A stretch of DNA of 62,181 bases, counting the filler, from Vannella sp. (lineage: Eukaryota), in NCBI GenBank assembly GCA_023345925.1. It is 7 parts of 7 records of this genome, joined end to end, with 100 filler letters (N's around TTAATTAATTAA, not from the genome) between each part and the next. Parts side by side here need not be neighbours in the genome. Positions count along the whole stretch, not along the records: positions 55,549 to 62,181 come from JAJQQN010001211.1; 6 more parts are not named here. The stretch is one strand, 5' to 3'. Below are positions 60,865-62,181 of this stretch, piece after piece. Made by a program: the position numbers and the translations under genes. A model generated the notes under the pieces. It did no database searches. It had not been told where the DNA came from and saw only the letters and a list, made by a program, of their open reading frames with translations. Numbering within the stretch: the stretch's first letter is position 1; each line of letters starts with the position of its first letter.

Positions 60865-62078
60865 ATGAGCAAAGACGTTTTGGAGCTTCGGAAGAAGGCC
60901 AAGTCCTTCTTTGGCGTGCGAGAGTTCTTTAGTTGTCCTCAACAGGATGAAGAAGGACAAGCAAAGCCCCATTTACACTGGGTATTGAGCGGGGGCCGCT
61001 TGGGGCATCTCGCTTTGTGGAGTTTGGACACGAATGGCGGCGGTGTGGACTTGGTACTGAAGAAGGTGATCCACCCACCTGGTGACACAAGCATGGAAAC
61101 TGTTCAACGCATCCTCTTACCTCCTCCGGAGTGGAGTTGCTGGCGTCCCGATCAACGAAAAACTGGGTTCCTTGAACTCGTCATTCTCTTGCTTGGCCGC
61201 AGGGAGCTTCATCAAGGAAGCACCATTTACTCCTTACAGCTTCACCCTCAAACGGGGAAGGTCTTCTTGAACCCCAAACGGATGCACCATTGGGTTGGGG
61301 TGAGTCCTTCCAGCCCTTAATGATGGCCACCCCCTCCTTCTCACCTTCCTCTTGGTAGGGCGGCTCCAAAGCCTATGATATGTGTATGTGGCAGGATCAC
61401 TTAGTGATCGGGCTGGGCAATATGCTGTCTTTCATCCCCAATTACAACACGGAAACCCAGAACGCCAATGGCGATCCTGTCCAATGGGAGCACGAGTGCT
61501 CTGCAGAAGTGTCATGTTTAGCGGAAGTAGAGAGCGTTAGTGGGCCGGAGCACAGCTTCCTGGCAGTGGGGTGCTTGGCAAAGAGGGTGAGATGGTTTCA
61601 AATGGGGTCACCTCGAGAATTACGAAAAGTGCATGGATTCAAGGCCCATCAAAGTCGAGTAGCATGTATGCTTGTTCATGAGCAGAGGTTATATACAGCT
61701 GGAGGCAGTAATGATGCGAGTATCAAGGTGTGGAGTTCTCCTGACGATTGCCCCCAAGATGCCAACGAAAAGATGGAGCCTGGCCTCCTCTTCTCTTTGG
61801 AGGGGCACACTGATACGGTGGTCTCTATGAAGAGACTTGGGTCTTACTTGATTAGCGGTTCCAGCAAGGAAGATGGAACAATGAGAGTGTGGGATGTGGA
61901 AGCACAAAAGTGCCTTCAAGCCCGGATTACTTGCCACACAGCAGTCCAAGGCATACTTCCGATTGGAGATGACGTGATGATCACGGCCGGCAACTCAGGA
62001 GATCATAAGATATGTGTGTGGTCAACAAACCCTTTACCCCAAGTCTCCATCCAAACCAGCAAGTGCTCCATTCAATAA
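60865..62078 (+). CDS. WD40-repeat protein with C-terminal CaaX motif
   Basis: GHTD..SGS..DGTMRVWD and AHQS..DASIKVW repeats; intron ~61300..61358; ends CSIQ-TAA. Confidence 0.8.
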
Positions 62079-62181
62079 CCTTTACCGCACCACGACCAAC
62101 CCCACAAATTCATATTTATTACACTTTTCGCTTCCAGGTGACTCTTCATGGAACCCTCTTCATTTTCTCAGTCGCGGGATA

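Noticed and set aside
225..62078. Stop-codon reassignment or widespread pseudogenes suggested by fragmented ORFs
   Set aside because: Breaks are explained by short spliceosomal introns that restore the frame; TAA, TAG and TGA all end genes.

Overview
Eukaryotic nuclear DNA from a very compact, intron-containing protist genome; the gene set (LvsA-like BEACH, vinculin/alpha-catenin family, Cyc8/TrfA-like, LRR-Ser/Thr-GPS surface protein) suggests an amoebozoan-like organism (inference). The window is seven contigs joined by artificial 100-nt spacers (N44-TTAATTAATTAA-N44), so adjacency across spacers is meaningless. It holds about 23 protein genes, with mostly 45-100 nt introns and often <100 nt between genes; the standard genetic code fits. 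I found no rRNA, tRNA, CRISPR array or transposon. Most notable after manual splicing: (1) an LRR-mucin-GAIN/GPS-single-TM receptor whose LRRs sit on 69-nt symmetric exons with homologous introns; (2) a degenerate copy of the same GAIN-like module in a secreted M43 metalloprotease; (3) a C2-lipase3-MLKL/HeLo-like-EF-hand fusion; (4) a RasGAP-SAM-SAM-PH-PAS protein visible only after splicing; (5) a folate-receptor-like plus duplicated ELAPOR/MRH receptor; (6) an 8.5 kb contig bounded by ~200 nt inverted repeats.
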